Virus record (IMG/VR): IMGVR_UViG_3300032895_000002
Location: 3,750-67,749 of that record
Reading direction: 5' to 3' (one strand)
Source of the DNA: a virus
Length of the DNA: 64,000 nt
Of this stretch, positions 8,841-18,231 are shown one piece after another. How positions within the stretch are numbered: position 1 is the stretch's first letter; each line of letters starts with the position of its first letter. The translations under genes were made by a program, and so were the position numbers. The notes under the pieces were generated by a model, which ran no database searches, was not told the DNA's origin, and saw nothing but the letters and a program-made list of their open reading frames with translations.

Positions 8841-9218
8841 CTAAGCGTCGTCGCCGCGCCGGGGGCCGGCGAGCCGCGCCTGGTAAGCCCTGAGCGCCGC
8901 GTCCGGTTTCGCGGAGGCTACGGCGACCATGGCGCGCAGATGCCGGATGTGGAGCGAAACGGCTACCGCCTCCGCCGGCGACGGATAGACCGATCGGATT
9001 TCGACCGCGCCGCCCTCAAGCGGATGATAGGAGAGCTGTCGGCTGGCGCCGAAGGCGAAACCGAGCTTGGTCAAAAATCCGAGGATGTACTCCCGTTCGT
9101 CGACCGCCTCTTTCAGCGCCGTAAGAGCCTTGTCGCGTTCCTTGAGAGCCTTGTCCCGATCTCTGAGCGCCCGTTGGACGGCCTGGTCGCGCTTGGTTTT
9201 GCTCAGCTCGGGTTGCAT
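8841..9218 (-). CDS. Hypothetical protein with coiled N-terminus
   Basis: GAGGAGG RBS; RDKALKE repeat. Confidence 0.55.
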   Translation of the reverse strand: MQPELSKTKRDQAVQRALRDRDKALKERDKALTALKEAVDEREYILGFLTKLGFAFGASRQLSYHPLEGGAVEIRSVYPSPAEAVAVSLHIRHLRAMVAVASAKPDAALRAYQARLAGPRRGDDA

Positions 9219-9510
9219 TTTGGCGGGGCCTCCTCCTCAGAATTTTCTGATTTCGCCCTTTTTCCCTCGCTCAGCCGGGCGGCGGCTGTGACGGCTAAGT
9301 GACATTATTGAGAATGTTGCATGGCATTAGTTGCGCTTCTCTCCGCGCCGTCAACGCTAAACAATGCCTATGAAATTAGCCGGGAGGAATCCGCCGTTTG
9401 GCGAGGCTAGGTAGGCTGTATGTCAACTCCGCAAATGTGCAGGATATCACGACTCCGTGATGTCGGGCTGGGCGGCGGGCGCTTTTTGGCTTGCCGCGAG
9501 CGTCGCGCCG

Positions 9511-9633
9511 CATGACGCATGACGCATAATGACGCATCCGCCTATAGAGCCCCCCTATATAGCGATTCGTATGGCCGCGCGCGCACTACAGAGACTATAT
9601 AGGAATATCCGTCATTATGCGTCATGCGTCATG
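9511..9633. repeat. 24-bp perfect inverted repeat around an AT-richer core; candidate replication origin
   Basis: CATGACGCATGACGCATAATGACG (9511-9534) and its reverse complement (9610-9633), at the vapE 3' end. Confidence 0.7.
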
Positions 9634-11037
9634 GTCTTCCCGTGGGCGAATGTAGAACCGACCATGCATCGTCCGCTCTTGCACCCAGCCTAAATCTTTG
9701 AGGATGTTGGTTATGCGACGCGCTTCCGCAGTGCCGATACGTGAACTGCCGTCAAACCCTAGACAGTTCTGAGCAATAGCCGAGACGGTGAATCGAGTGT
9801 CAGTTTGCCGGTTCAGCCAGTCGGCGATCGTCGCATGCCATGGATCATCCTCCTGGCGCTTCTCCTGCTGCGGTTTGAAGAATTTGGCCTCATCCTCAGC
9901 GGTCGGCCAATGACGATCGCCCATTCGGAAGCGGACCATGGCCTCGGCGAACAGCTGATCGCGAACGGCGGCGAGCCCGGCGACGTCGATCGAGAGGCAT
10001 TTGACCGGCCAGTAGCGGCGCCCTCCGGTCGCGTCCTTGATGTACATTTCCTGATTCGTTGTGCCGACGAACACGCATTGCCGCTTTTCGACCACGTCAT
10101 GCCGGCCGAACGGCGGCCGATAGCGCTCCTCGCGCCGGGTGATGAAGGCTTTCAGCGCCTCAGTCTCAGCCTTCGAGAAGGCGGCCAGCTCAGAGACCTC
10201 GATCAGCCATTTGCCGCGAAGGTGCTGGCGGGCGTCCTTGCTCTGAATGTCGTCCGGCAGGCTGTCGGAGAACCATTCGCCGGCGAGCGCGCGGCAGGCG
10301 CTCGATTTGAGGATGCCCTGATCGCCCTCAAGCACGAGCATGTAATCGGCTTGACAACCCGGCCGGAAAATCCTGGCGACCATCGCGATCATGAACATCT
10401 TGCCGATCGCGGCGACGTATTCGATCGCGGCTTCGTCTTCGGCCTCGGCCCCGAAATAGGTGAACAGCCAGCGATCGAGCCGGCGAACGCCGTCCCATCG
10501 GAGCCCTTCGAGCCAATCGCGCACCGGGTGATAGCGGCGCTCGCGGGCGAACACTTCGACCGCCTGGCCGACGATCTCGCGCCCGACGCGCGGCAGGCCC
10601 ATGCGCTGCAACCATTCCTGCAGGCGGGCGATATCGTCGTCGTCGGTCTCGTGCGGCGGCGGCTGAACCGGCCGGGCGTCGGGCAGGCGCGGCCATTCCT
10701 TCTGCACGATCGAATGTTGCAGCATCTCGTCGAAGGCGCATGCGCCGATCAGCTGGTCCTCGCCGCGCAAGGCGATGAGCACGTTGGCGAGATCGGGGAT
10801 GACCCGGCCGCGATCGTCGCGGCGCAGGCGGGCGAGCCATTCGGGCCATCCGCCGGGCGGCGGCGCCGGCGGCGGTCTCTTGCGCCGCTTGCTCTGGTCG
10901 AGCTGAACGACCTTATCGCTGTCGCCGCCATTGGGCGGCGACTGCGGCTGCGGCTCCTCGCTGGGCGGGGCCTGCCCGGTCCGGCGGAGATGCGCCTGCC
11001 ACTGCTCCTCGGTGAAATAGGGCGGTCGCTCCGGCAT
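9622..11037 (-). CDS. VapE-family (virulence-associated E) helicase
   Basis: YHPVRDWL, Walker A GDQGILKS, RPPFGR, FVGTTN, GGRRYWP. Confidence 0.9.
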   Translation of the reverse strand: MPERPPYFTEEQWQAHLRRTGQAPPSEEPQPQSPPNGGDSDKVVQLDQSKRRKRPPPAPPPGGWPEWLARLRRDDRGRVIPDLANVLIALRGEDQLIGACAFDEMLQHSIVQKEWPRLPDARPVQPPPHETDDDDIARLQEWLQRMGLPRVGREIVGQAVEVFARERRYHPVRDWLEGLRWDGVRRLDRWLFTYFGAEAEDEAAIEYVAAIGKMFMIAMVARIFRPGCQADYMLVLEGDQGILKSSACRALAGEWFSDSLPDDIQSKDARQHLRGKWLIEVSELAAFSKAETEALKAFITRREERYRPPFGRHDVVEKRQCVFVGTTNQEMYIKDATGGRRYWPVKCLSIDVAGLAAVRDQLFAEAMVRFRMGDRHWPTAEDEAKFFKPQQEKRQEDDPWHATIADWLNRQTDTRFTVSAIAQNCLGFDGSSRIGTAEARRITNILKDLGWVQERTMHGRFYIRPREDHDA

Positions 11038-11252
11038 CAGCGCCCCGCCTTGCGATCGCAATAGCCGACGTTCCAGCCGGCGTACCAGGCGTTGCGCCGC
11101 TCGATCGGCCAACCGTCAAAGCCGCGCGGATAACGCTTGTTGCCGGTGTAGCCGCGCCGGGCGCCATCGCTGTACTCGTCCGGATAGGCGCGGAAGAGTC
11201 GCTCGCGCTCCTTGACGACGTTCCGGTCTTGATTCTCGTCGTCGTCGTTCAC
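11037..11252 (-). CDS. Small hypothetical protein (weak Rmf-like W..GW motif)
   Basis: RRNAWYAGW; coupled. Confidence 0.5.
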   Translation of the reverse strand: MNDDDENQDRNVVKERERLFRAYPDEYSDGARRGYTGNKRYPRGFDGWPIERRNAWYAGWNVGYCDRKAGR

Positions 11253-11482
11253 GATTCGACCTCCGGCGAGCCGAGCGTGCGCGCGAGCTTGAAGGCCTCC
11301 TTGGTGACGGCGGCGACCTGGCGGCAGTGAACGGTGACGGTCAGCGCCTCGCCGCGATCGGCGGCGAGCGCGACGCTGCGCCAGTATGACGCGGCGAGCT
11401 CGGCCAGCTCGGCGAGCCGGTCGAATCGGCCGACGTCGAGCGCGTCGGCCATTGTTTCCCGCGCGACCGGGCCGTCCGTCAT
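11249..11482 (-). CDS. Hypothetical protein
   Basis: Coupled ORF. Confidence 0.6.
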   Translation of the reverse strand: MTDGPVARETMADALDVGRFDRLAELAELAASYWRSVALAADRGEALTVTVHCRQVAAVTKEAFKLARTLGSPEVES

Positions 11483-11494
11483 CGGAGGGCCCCT

Positions 11495-11686
11495 TTACTG
11501 GACGGGGATGGGCGTGGCGTTCTGGTGAAGCGCGATCAGATAATCGACGATCAGATTCGCCGCCTGGGCGGCGCGCGCCTCGGATGTGTGACAGGTGTCG
11601 AAGATGATCTGCGCGAACCGCTCGGCGTCGATCTCGACCATGGCGGGGCCGTTGACGAGCACGTCAATCTGCTCTGGCTTCTCCAT
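11495..11686 (-). CDS. Hypothetical protein
   Basis: GGAGG RBS. Confidence 0.55.
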   Translation of the reverse strand: MEKPEQIDVLVNGPAMVEIDAERFAQIIFDTCHTSEARAAQAANLIVDYLIALHQNATPIPVQ

Positions 11687-11870
11687 CTTTGTTCCTCCCG
11701 ATCCCTGGCTCGAAATGGTCGCGGCAATAGAAGCTCGGCTCGTGCGGCCAGCCGCGCCCGAACGGGGCCGGCTCGGCGCCGCAGACGGCGCAAGGGTGAC
11801 GATACGGATCGAAGGGCGGCGGCGGCGGAGGCCTCGCCGGCGGCGCGAAAAGGTCAGGCTGCTCGATCAT
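11664..11870 (-). CDS. Small Zn-finger protein with QPDLF motif
   Basis: MIEQPDLF...CAVC...CRDH. Confidence 0.55.
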   Translation of the reverse strand: MIEQPDLFAPPARPPPPPPFDPYRHPCAVCGAEPAPFGRGWPHEPSFYCRDHFEPGIGRNKDGEARAD

Positions 11871-12097
11871 CGGAACAACTCGAATTGCGGTCTCGCCTGA
11901 CGCTCGTGCTCGATGCGCTCGTGCTCGATGCGCTCGTGCTCGATGATGAGCTTGGCGAGCCTCAGCAGGCGATAAGGATCGACGTAGCCGTAACGCCACT
12001 CGAGGATGTCGTCGGCGGCCTCGACGGCCTCACGGGCTTTCGCGGGTGGGACGCGCTCAGACACCAGCCTGGCGAAAGCTTCGGCGCGGCCGGTCAT
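11867..12097 (-). CDS. Hypothetical protein with (IEHER)3 repeat, ends PQFELFR
   Basis: Coupled; 15-bp tandem repeat at 11901-11945. Confidence 0.55.
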   Translation of the reverse strand: MTGRAEAFARLVSERVPPAKAREAVEAADDILEWRYGYVDPYRLLRLAKLIIEHERIEHERIEHERQARPQFELFR

Positions 12098-12378
12098 CTG
12101 AACAACTCAAACTGCGGTTCGGCCGCCGGCGCCGCGGGCTCGCGCACCTTCACTTTCGGCCGGACGTCGCGGCCGTCATAGGGCTGCGGCTTCGGCGGCG
12201 GCTCGCACTCGTGGCGGTGGACCTCGACGAACTCGCCCATCTCGACCTCGAGGAAGGTCGGCCGGCGCAGAGGATCGGCTCGCACGTCGAGCTTGATCAG
12301 GCGGTCGCGCCAATCGCGCCGCCACTCGATCTTGGCGCCGCAAGAGCAGCGGCCCATGTCGCCGGCGCGCTCGGTCAT
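12094..12378 (-). CDS. Zn-binding hypothetical protein, ends PQFELFR
   Basis: CSCGAKIEW...H..EC. Confidence 0.55.
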   Translation of the reverse strand: MTERAGDMGRCSCGAKIEWRRDWRDRLIKLDVRADPLRRPTFLEVEMGEFVEVHRHECEPPPKPQPYDGRDVRPKVKVREPAAPAAEPQFELFR

Positions 12379-12424
12379 TCGGTCCTCGCTACCGGACGGC
12401 GCTTATAGCCGGAGGCGCGCGGGC

Positions 12425-13447
12425 TCATGCTGCGGAGGCCTCTCTGAGCTTATCAATCGCCGCTTGATCGATGTCCGAGCCGATGAACCGCAACCCCATT
12501 TTTAAGGCTACGGCCGCGGTCGCGCCGCCGCCGACAAACGGATCGCAAACCAATTGCCCAGGCGAGGCGAAGCGGTCGAGGAGGTCGGCGATGCCGCTCT
12601 CCGATTGGCCCCAGCCGTGGAACCGCTTGTCATTGTCGTTGGGATCGCTTTCCGCGACGTCACCGATCCAATCGCCGGCGTAATCGCCGTTAACGAACCA
12701 CAGGACGGGCTTCCAGAACGTGTTGACCTTGCGCGCCCATATTTGGGCCGCCTGGCCGCCGGGCGTGAGATAAGTCAGAGTCCAATGATAGCGGATGTGC
12801 GGCGTCATCAGCGCCAGGATCTGAGGCAGGTACGACTGCCCGCACATGCAGAGCAAGCTGCCGCCCGGCTTAAGCCATTCCGTCGCCCGCTTCGCTAGGG
12901 TTTTGTAAACGGGCAAAAACTTCTCAGGATAGGGCGGGTCAGTCAGGATAAGATCGACGGCGCCAGTCTCGATTTCGACCTCGGCGACGTCGGCGCAGAT
13001 CAACGTGTAGTCGCCATCAGGCAACGCGCGGCCGGCCTTCGATCCTCGCATCCAGGTTTTCGCCGCCTTCCGGTCGAGGCCCATTCCCGCCGCATAGGCG
13101 CGCCCGTACATGCGCTCGCGGTAGGCGCTTTCGTCAGCGAGGCCGTTGCGCCAGCGCGACACGACGCGCTTGCCGATGCCGGTATCCTTCTCGGCCTGCT
13201 CAACCGATAAAGTGTCCGCGTTGTGCGACACTTTATCGCCGCGGCCCATCTCGACCCTCGCGTCCCACCACGCGACATGCTCGCGCTGGTCTTCGAGCTT
13301 GACGGCGACCGCCTCCTCAAGCAGCGGCCAGTCCTTGATCCGCCGCGCGTGCGCGATGACGCTATCCGCCTTGGACTGAACGACTCTCGTCTCCTTCGGA
13401 TCGAAGGTCGCCACTTCGCGCTGTCGTAAAAAGGCGATCTCGCGCAT
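12425..13447 (-). CDS. Beta-class N4-C/N6-A DNA methyltransferase
   Basis: LILTDPPY precedes VCDPFVGGG. Confidence 0.9.
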   Translation of the reverse strand: MREIAFLRQREVATFDPKETRVVQSKADSVIAHARRIKDWPLLEEAVAVKLEDQREHVAWWDARVEMGRGDKVSHNADTLSVEQAEKDTGIGKRVVSRWRNGLADESAYRERMYGRAYAAGMGLDRKAAKTWMRGSKAGRALPDGDYTLICADVAEVEIETGAVDLILTDPPYPEKFLPVYKTLAKRATEWLKPGGSLLCMCGQSYLPQILALMTPHIRYHWTLTYLTPGGQAAQIWARKVNTFWKPVLWFVNGDYAGDWIGDVAESDPNDNDKRFHGWGQSESGIADLLDRFASPGQLVCDPFVGGGATAAVALKMGLRFIGSDIDQAAIDKLREASAA

Positions 13448-13450
13448 TGG

Positions 13451-13936
13451 CTAGAAATCCAATTGAGGCAGGCCAGTTAGATTTTTCTCGACCCAACGCG
13501 GCGGGCGCCTTCCGCTCAGGCTCCACAAAAAGCGGACATATTGAATTTCATCGAGGCAGGCCCGTTTCACGCGTAATGCGCGCTCCGCCGCCTCGTTCAT
13601 GGCCGCGACTTTGAACCACGAGAAATCAGCCGCGTAGCGGCACATGAAGAACGGCAATTCATCTTGACGCGGTTTGACCAATTCGATCAGAACCGCAGTC
13701 GGGCGCAGCAGAGCCCTTCTTTCCGCTTCAAGTGAAAGCGGCTTCCCGTATTCGTGCTTGTACTCGATCAGCCCCGTCGGAAGGCCGCCGTTATAGGGGA
13801 CAAAATCAAGGTCAACGACTGGGCAGTGCTGACCCCATAGCCGATGTCGATCCGATAGCAATTGCGCCGCAATCGCCCGTTCCAGCGCTGGTTGCCGCGC
13901 CGGCGGAACGCCATGGAGAGGAATGACCTCGCTCAT
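13451..13936 (-). CDS. Putative PD-(D/E)xK nuclease-fold protein
   Basis: DLDF...LIEYK motif. Confidence 0.5.
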   Translation of the reverse strand: MSEVIPLHGVPPARQPALERAIAAQLLSDRHRLWGQHCPVVDLDFVPYNGGLPTGLIEYKHEYGKPLSLEAERRALLRPTAVLIELVKPRQDELPFFMCRYAADFSWFKVAAMNEAAERALRVKRACLDEIQYVRFLWSLSGRRPPRWVEKNLTGLPQLDF

Positions 13937-15111
13937 GCGCTCGCCTCCCGCATCGCCTCGCCGCGCCGGTGCTCATCGCCATGACCGTCCCAATTCGGCC
14001 GGGCGTGACGCGAGAACAGTTCGGCGTAACGCGGCGCCGGGCAGAGGCTTTCAACGAAGGTGTAAAATTGCTCCGGCTTCTGCGAATTCTCGCGCAGCGG
14101 GCCGTGCAGCGCGGTCGTCTGATTGACGAGATGGACGGTCGGCTTGCCGCGCACCGCGAACAGACAGTGCTCGGTTTGGCCGCGCAGCCAATCCCCGGTG
14201 CCCATCTTGTCCTTGATCCAGGTGAGGATCGTCTTGTGTTCGAACCCCCACGCGTCGAGCACATCGAAAGCCTGTCGCATGTGGTGGTTGGTGGTCCACA
14301 GCCACAGGACGCAATCCTCGTGCGCGATGGCCTGAACCTTCGCGCCTTCGCCGCAAATCTCGGCGATCGACATTTGCGGATAGGGATGCGTCGCACGATG
14401 CGACGGATCCCCTTTATGAATCTCATAGGGCCAGGGCGGATCGGCGACGATGACCCGATATGGTCCTCGGCCAGGATAGGGCGGCGGCTCGGCGCGGATC
14501 GCTTCCGCCTGTCGCGCGACTTTGAGCCGCTTGAACGGCCCGTCGACGCGCCCGGTGCGGTCCATGTCGGCGACCAGCTTGCCGAACCGTTCGGGCTCGG
14601 CTTCCGCCGCCTCGACGACGGCGGCGATCTTCTCGACCGTGCGGCCCGACACGCCGGCGAAGGCGCCGATCTTGTCGCGAGCGTCAAAAGGTCCGGAAAC
14701 TTTCCGGCCCTTTTTCCCCCGGCCGCCGAGCGTCATGCGCTCCTTCGCCGCCGCCTTCTCGGCCGGCTCCAGCGCGCGGCGGATGGCGTCAATCTCGCTC
14801 GGCAGGAAATCCTTGCGTATGGCGTTCTCAGCCAGCTCGCCGCGGGCGATCTCCTTGAGATCGACTTCTGTCACGGGAATCTCGGTGCGGCCTAGCAGCC
14901 TGAAGGCCTCAAGCCGCCGCTCGCCAGCGATGAGCGTTCCATCGCAGCGGATGACGATTGGATGGAGGAGGCCAACCTCGGCGATGCTCGCCGCCAACCC
15001 GGCGACGTCGCCCATCGCCTTGCGATGCCGTTCGCCGATGATGATTGAATCGATGGACCGCCGGCCATCGAGCGCTGCGGAATCGATCGGCGCGAACGGC
15101 TGATCGTTCAT
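13933..15111 (-). CDS. ParB-N domain fused to MT-A70 adenine methyltransferase
   Basis: LIAGERRLEA; VIVADPPW; LWLWTTN; TEHCL; SQKPE; ELFSR. Confidence 0.9.
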   Translation of the reverse strand: MNDQPFAPIDSAALDGRRSIDSIIIGERHRKAMGDVAGLAASIAEVGLLHPIVIRCDGTLIAGERRLEAFRLLGRTEIPVTEVDLKEIARGELAENAIRKDFLPSEIDAIRRALEPAEKAAAKERMTLGGRGKKGRKVSGPFDARDKIGAFAGVSGRTVEKIAAVVEAAEAEPERFGKLVADMDRTGRVDGPFKRLKVARQAEAIRAEPPPYPGRGPYRVIVADPPWPYEIHKGDPSHRATHPYPQMSIAEICGEGAKVQAIAHEDCVLWLWTTNHHMRQAFDVLDAWGFEHKTILTWIKDKMGTGDWLRGQTEHCLFAVRGKPTVHLVNQTTALHGPLRENSQKPEQFYTFVESLCPAPRYAELFSRHARPNWDGHGDEHRRGEAMREASA

Positions 15112-15563
15112 GCGCTCGCCTCCCGCAGCATGGCGTGAGTCACGCCGGCGAGCGGATGCTCTTTCGTGATGACGCCGAGCCGCGCCAGCTCGCGCCGCGC
15201 GTCGTCGATCGAGCGCACCAGGGCCCAGCTATGGCCCAGCCCTTCGAGCGCGCCGATGAAGTCCCGTTGATCGTCAGAGAGGCGCCCGCGCGGCGTCTTG
15301 GTCTCCCAATAGGCCGTACGGCCCTCGGGCAGCACCAGCACCAGGTCGAGCACGCCGGCGAGCACGCCGGTCCATTTGAGCCGGGCCGCCTCGGCCTTGG
15401 TCCGCAGGCCGCCGTTCGGCACCGCGAAGATGCGGATGTGCGGCGCCACCCAGCGCACGAATTCGACGATCGCCGCCTGGCGCTTGGCCTCGGCGTTGCG
15501 GTCGCGCTCGCGCCCCGGCGCCGGCCGCCCGAACAGGTCGCGATGGGCCGCCAGGCGACCCAT
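15108..15563 (-). CDS. VRR-NUC nuclease
   Basis: FAVPNGG...GVLAGVLDL...ETK...GRLSDDQ. Confidence 0.85.
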   Translation of the reverse strand: MGRLAAHRDLFGRPAPGRERDRNAEAKRQAAIVEFVRWVAPHIRIFAVPNGGLRTKAEAARLKWTGVLAGVLDLVLVLPEGRTAYWETKTPRGRLSDDQRDFIGALEGLGHSWALVRSIDDARRELARLGVITKEHPLAGVTHAMLREASA

Positions 15564-15564
15564 T

Positions 15565-15858
15565 TTACGCTACCTCAGTGGTTTCCGAGGGCCGCGATGA
15601 TGAGCGCTTGCGCCGCGGCTGGCGAAAAATCGGCGTCGCCGGTTTCCGTCGCATCTGCTGGAATAAATCGAGCGAGTCGTTCGCCCCGAGCGCCTGCACC
15701 CATTTGTCCATCGTCGCGTAGCCGGGATCGCGGTGGCCGTTCTCAACCTCGACCACGAAATGCCGCGAGATGCCGATCCGCTGAGCGAGCTGGGCCTGGG
15801 TCAGGCCCGCCCGAACCCGCGCATCCTTCAATCTGGCGCGATGAAATTCGGAGGTCAT
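15565..15858 (-). CDS. Cro-like XRE HTH regulator
   Basis: GLTQAQLAQRIGISRHFVVEVENG; divergent from the cI-like gene. Confidence 0.8.
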   Translation of the reverse strand: MTSEFHRARLKDARVRAGLTQAQLAQRIGISRHFVVEVENGHRDPGYATMDKWVQALGANDSLDLFQQMRRKPATPIFRQPRRKRSSSRPSETTEVA

Positions 15859-15863
15859 CGCCG

Positions 15864-15895
15864 GACAGGTTGCGGTAGCGCCAACCTGTCGTCAA
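15864..15895 (-). promoter_or_regulatory. cro promoter with operator B
   Basis: GACAG-GTTGCGGTAGCGCCAAC-CTGTC; -35 TTGACG on minus strand. Confidence 0.7.
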
Positions 15896-15975
15896 GAGGC
15901 GCTCCGCCGCCTCGATCTAATTATCCGACGTAAGACGGTTTAACTCACGGGCCGACTCGTGATAATGTTATCATT

Positions 15976-16359
15976 ATGCCAACGTCAGGCTCCCGCCCGC
16001 CGCCACGGCGGCCTGCGCTCATGATCAGATCGTCCGGCGCCGACGGCGACGGCGACGATGATGAATTTCCTTTTTACCTCAAAGAGTGGCGACAGCACTG
16101 CGGGCTCTCGCAAGAGTGCTTGGCGGCTAGGCTCAGGACCACCAAAGGCGAGGTTTCCCGCTACGAACGGGGCGAACGCACGCTCAGCCTGCGTCTCCAA
16201 TTCCGCATCGGGAAAGCGCTCGGCATCGAGGCGGCGCAGCTGTTCTATCCGCCGGAGATCAGGTCCGCCGACGCGATGCTCGCCCATCTGCCGCAGGATG
16301 AGCGCGACCGCTTAATCGCCGCTCTCGAGCTTCTGATCCCGCCGAAGCCCAAATCCTAG
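15976..16359 (+). CDS. CI-like XRE repressor without S24 peptidase domain
   Basis: LKEWR...GLSQECLAARL..TKGEVSRYERGER. Confidence 0.8.
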   Translation: MPTSGSRPPPRRPALMIRSSGADGDGDDDEFPFYLKEWRQHCGLSQECLAARLRTTKGEVSRYERGERTLSLRLQFRIGKALGIEAAQLFYPPEIRSADAMLAHLPQDERDRLIAALELLIPPKPKS

Positions 16360-16381
16360 CTGCGGGGCCGGTCAGGCCCAC

Positions 16382-16432
16382 TTGACAAAAGTTGCCCTAT
16401 CGCCAACGATGCCTCGTTGCGCGCGAGGCAAC
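16382..16432 (+). promoter_or_regulatory. TTGACA promoter with two operator B sites
   Basis: GTTGCCCTATCGCCAAC (16391-16407) and GTTGCGCGCGAGGCAAC (16416-16432). Confidence 0.7.
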
Positions 16433-16436
16433 GATC

Positions 16437-17051
16437 ATGCAAACCCTTTCCATTCAGCTCGATCGCGGCAAGGCCCGCGAGCTTTATCGCCAATATCGCA
16501 AGCACGTGCATTGGTCGCGGCCGATCGATCGGGAATGTATGAGGGCCTACCAGTTCCTCGCCCTCGGCCGACTGGTGATCCAGGCGCTCGAAAGCGTCAA
16601 GGCCGCCGGCGTGAACGCTGAGGGCCAAGGCTACGGCCTGCCCAAGCTGGCGCTCTGCCGGGCCGACGCGACCGCCTGCGCGGTCCGCTTCAACCAGGAC
16701 GGCTCAGCCACCATGACCGCCGATGACGCGCGGGTGCGCTACCAGCGGCCGAACTGGACGCCCATGCAATCGCGTTCGGTCCTCACCTGGCCGGCGGGCT
16801 CGTTTTCGATTCTGCCGAACCGGCGCCGATGGGGCGCGACCGCGCTCGTTCCGACGCCGCCGCTGCACCTGCGGCCGAAGCGCGGGCTCGCCAATTATCA
16901 CGTCTTGTTCGAAGCCGAATGGACGCTGACGCCGCCGCACGATCCGCTGCTCCTGCGCCGGATCGGCCAGGCCGACCTTTGGCTGGTGGTGGCGCAATGG
17001 GATTTGACCGCGGTCGAGCGGGCCGCGCTCGCGACGCGGGTGCGCGCCTAA
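16437..17051 (+). CDS. Phage hypothetical protein
   Basis: GLPKLALCRAD...DPLLLRR...WDLT..E. Confidence 0.7.
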   Translation: MQTLSIQLDRGKARELYRQYRKHVHWSRPIDRECMRAYQFLALGRLVIQALESVKAAGVNAEGQGYGLPKLALCRADATACAVRFNQDGSATMTADDARVRYQRPNWTPMQSRSVLTWPAGSFSILPNRRRWGATALVPTPPLHLRPKRGLANYHVLFEAEWTLTPPHDPLLLRRIGQADLWLVVAQWDLTAVERAALATRVRA

Positions 17052-17074
17052 CCGCAACGAGTAAGGGTCCGACG

Positions 17075-17209
17075 ATGGATGATCCGACTTTCGAAGATGA
17101 CCTCGATGATTTGATCAAAGAGGCGACCGAGGCGGGCGTGCCGATGGACGAGATCATCAGCGCGCTTGAGCTGAAGCTGATGGCCCTCAAGGAGCAAGGC
17201 GGCGCATGA
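17075..17209 (+). CDS. Small acidic protein
   Basis: AAGGG RBS; coupled. Confidence 0.55.
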   Translation: MDDPTFEDDLDDLIKEATEAGVPMDEIISALELKLMALKEQGGA

Positions 17210-17442
17210 CCGGCGAATTCTCGGTCTGCCAGTTCTTCAACAACGGCGAGCACGAATACGTGCGCCGCGCGGTCGACGCCGAGGAGGCCGTCAAGGCCGC
17301 CCGCCACTACACCGATAACGTCGCCTCTACGCTCGGGATCGTCGAGCGCGTGATCATCACCGACGCGGACGATTGCTGCTGCTTCGAATGGAAGCGCGGC
17401 GAGGGCGTCACCTTTCCACCGGAAGCGCGAGGCCGGCAATGA
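17206..17442 (+). CDS. Hypothetical protein
   Basis: Coupled ORF. Confidence 0.65.
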   Translation: MTGEFSVCQFFNNGEHEYVRRAVDAEEAVKAARHYTDNVASTLGIVERVIITDADDCCCFEWKRGEGVTFPPEARGRQ

Positions 17443-17654
17443 GCAGGCGAGGGAACGGCGAAGCGATCACGAGCCGGCTAGAGCGGCTTCAAACCAATCT
17501 CAGCGAGGTCATCGAGCATCTCGAGGAGGCCTTGCACGGCGCCCAGGTCGCCTTGGTCGAGGTCGAGGCGGAATTGCATGTGACCCGCCGGCGCCCGGCG
17601 GTCAACAGCAAACGGGCGCCGCCGGCGAGCCGCAAGGAGGCGCCCGCGGAATGA
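17439..17654 (+). CDS. Hypothetical protein
   Basis: Coupled ORF. Confidence 0.55.
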   Translation: MSRRGNGEAITSRLERLQTNLSEVIEHLEEALHGAQVALVEVEAELHVTRRRPAVNSKRAPPASRKEAPAE

Positions 17655-17875
17655 ACGTCCTGCGCGACAACACCGATCTCGACAGGTGCCTGTGCTGCGG
17701 CCAGCCGGTGCTCAAGCGCGGGAGCCCAATCACGCCCGAACGGGCCGAGCGCGCCTTGGCGATCTTCATCGGGCTCGGCTTCACCCGCGAGGACCTTCTC
17801 GGCAAGCATCGCGCTCAGCTTGATTATCAGTCGCCAGGATTCGCCGAATGGCTGGAAGCGCGGGGGCTGAACTGA
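17651..17875 (+). CDS. Hypothetical protein
   Basis: Coupled ORF. Confidence 0.55.
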   Translation: MNVLRDNTDLDRCLCCGQPVLKRGSPITPERAERALAIFIGLGFTREDLLGKHRAQLDYQSPGFAEWLEARGLN

Positions 17876-18225
17876 TGGAGACCCGCGTCCTCATCCTGAC
17901 GCCCGATCAGCCGAGCGAGCGGCTGACCGTCGAATTGCCCGAGCGGCCGGATTACGGCTCGCTGCGCGCGCTCTTGAAGAACCTGCTCGGCCCGGTCGAA
18001 TTCGAGCACGTGTCGGTGCTGGCCGATTTTGAATGCGGCCTCAATTTCAAGCGCGCCGATATGTTCGTCGACGAGATGGGCCATCAGAAAGGCCTGCCGC
18101 GCAACGAGGCGGCGACCATCATCCATCGGCGCCACGCGCTGCTGCATCAGCACGTCAAAAACGCGGAAACGCTCGCCTGGATCGCCGGGCCGGCGGTGCT
18201 GTTCGAAAGGATCGTCTGGATGTGA
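17875..18225 (+). CDS. DUF3846-like protein
   Basis: MFVDEMG..KGLPRNEAAT...IAGPAVL. Confidence 0.65.
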   Translation: METRVLILTPDQPSERLTVELPERPDYGSLRALLKNLLGPVEFEHVSVLADFECGLNFKRADMFVDEMGHQKGLPRNEAATIIHRRHALLHQHVKNAETLAWIAGPAVLFERIVWM

Positions 18226-18231
18226 AGGAGG

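Noticed and set aside
11901-11945. 15-bp tandem repeat as a regulatory element
   Set aside because: In-frame coding repeat (IEHER)x3
15960-15978. Fur-box-like TGATAATGTTATCATTAT before cI
   Set aside because: Spacing is one base off consensus; more simply the -10 region of cI
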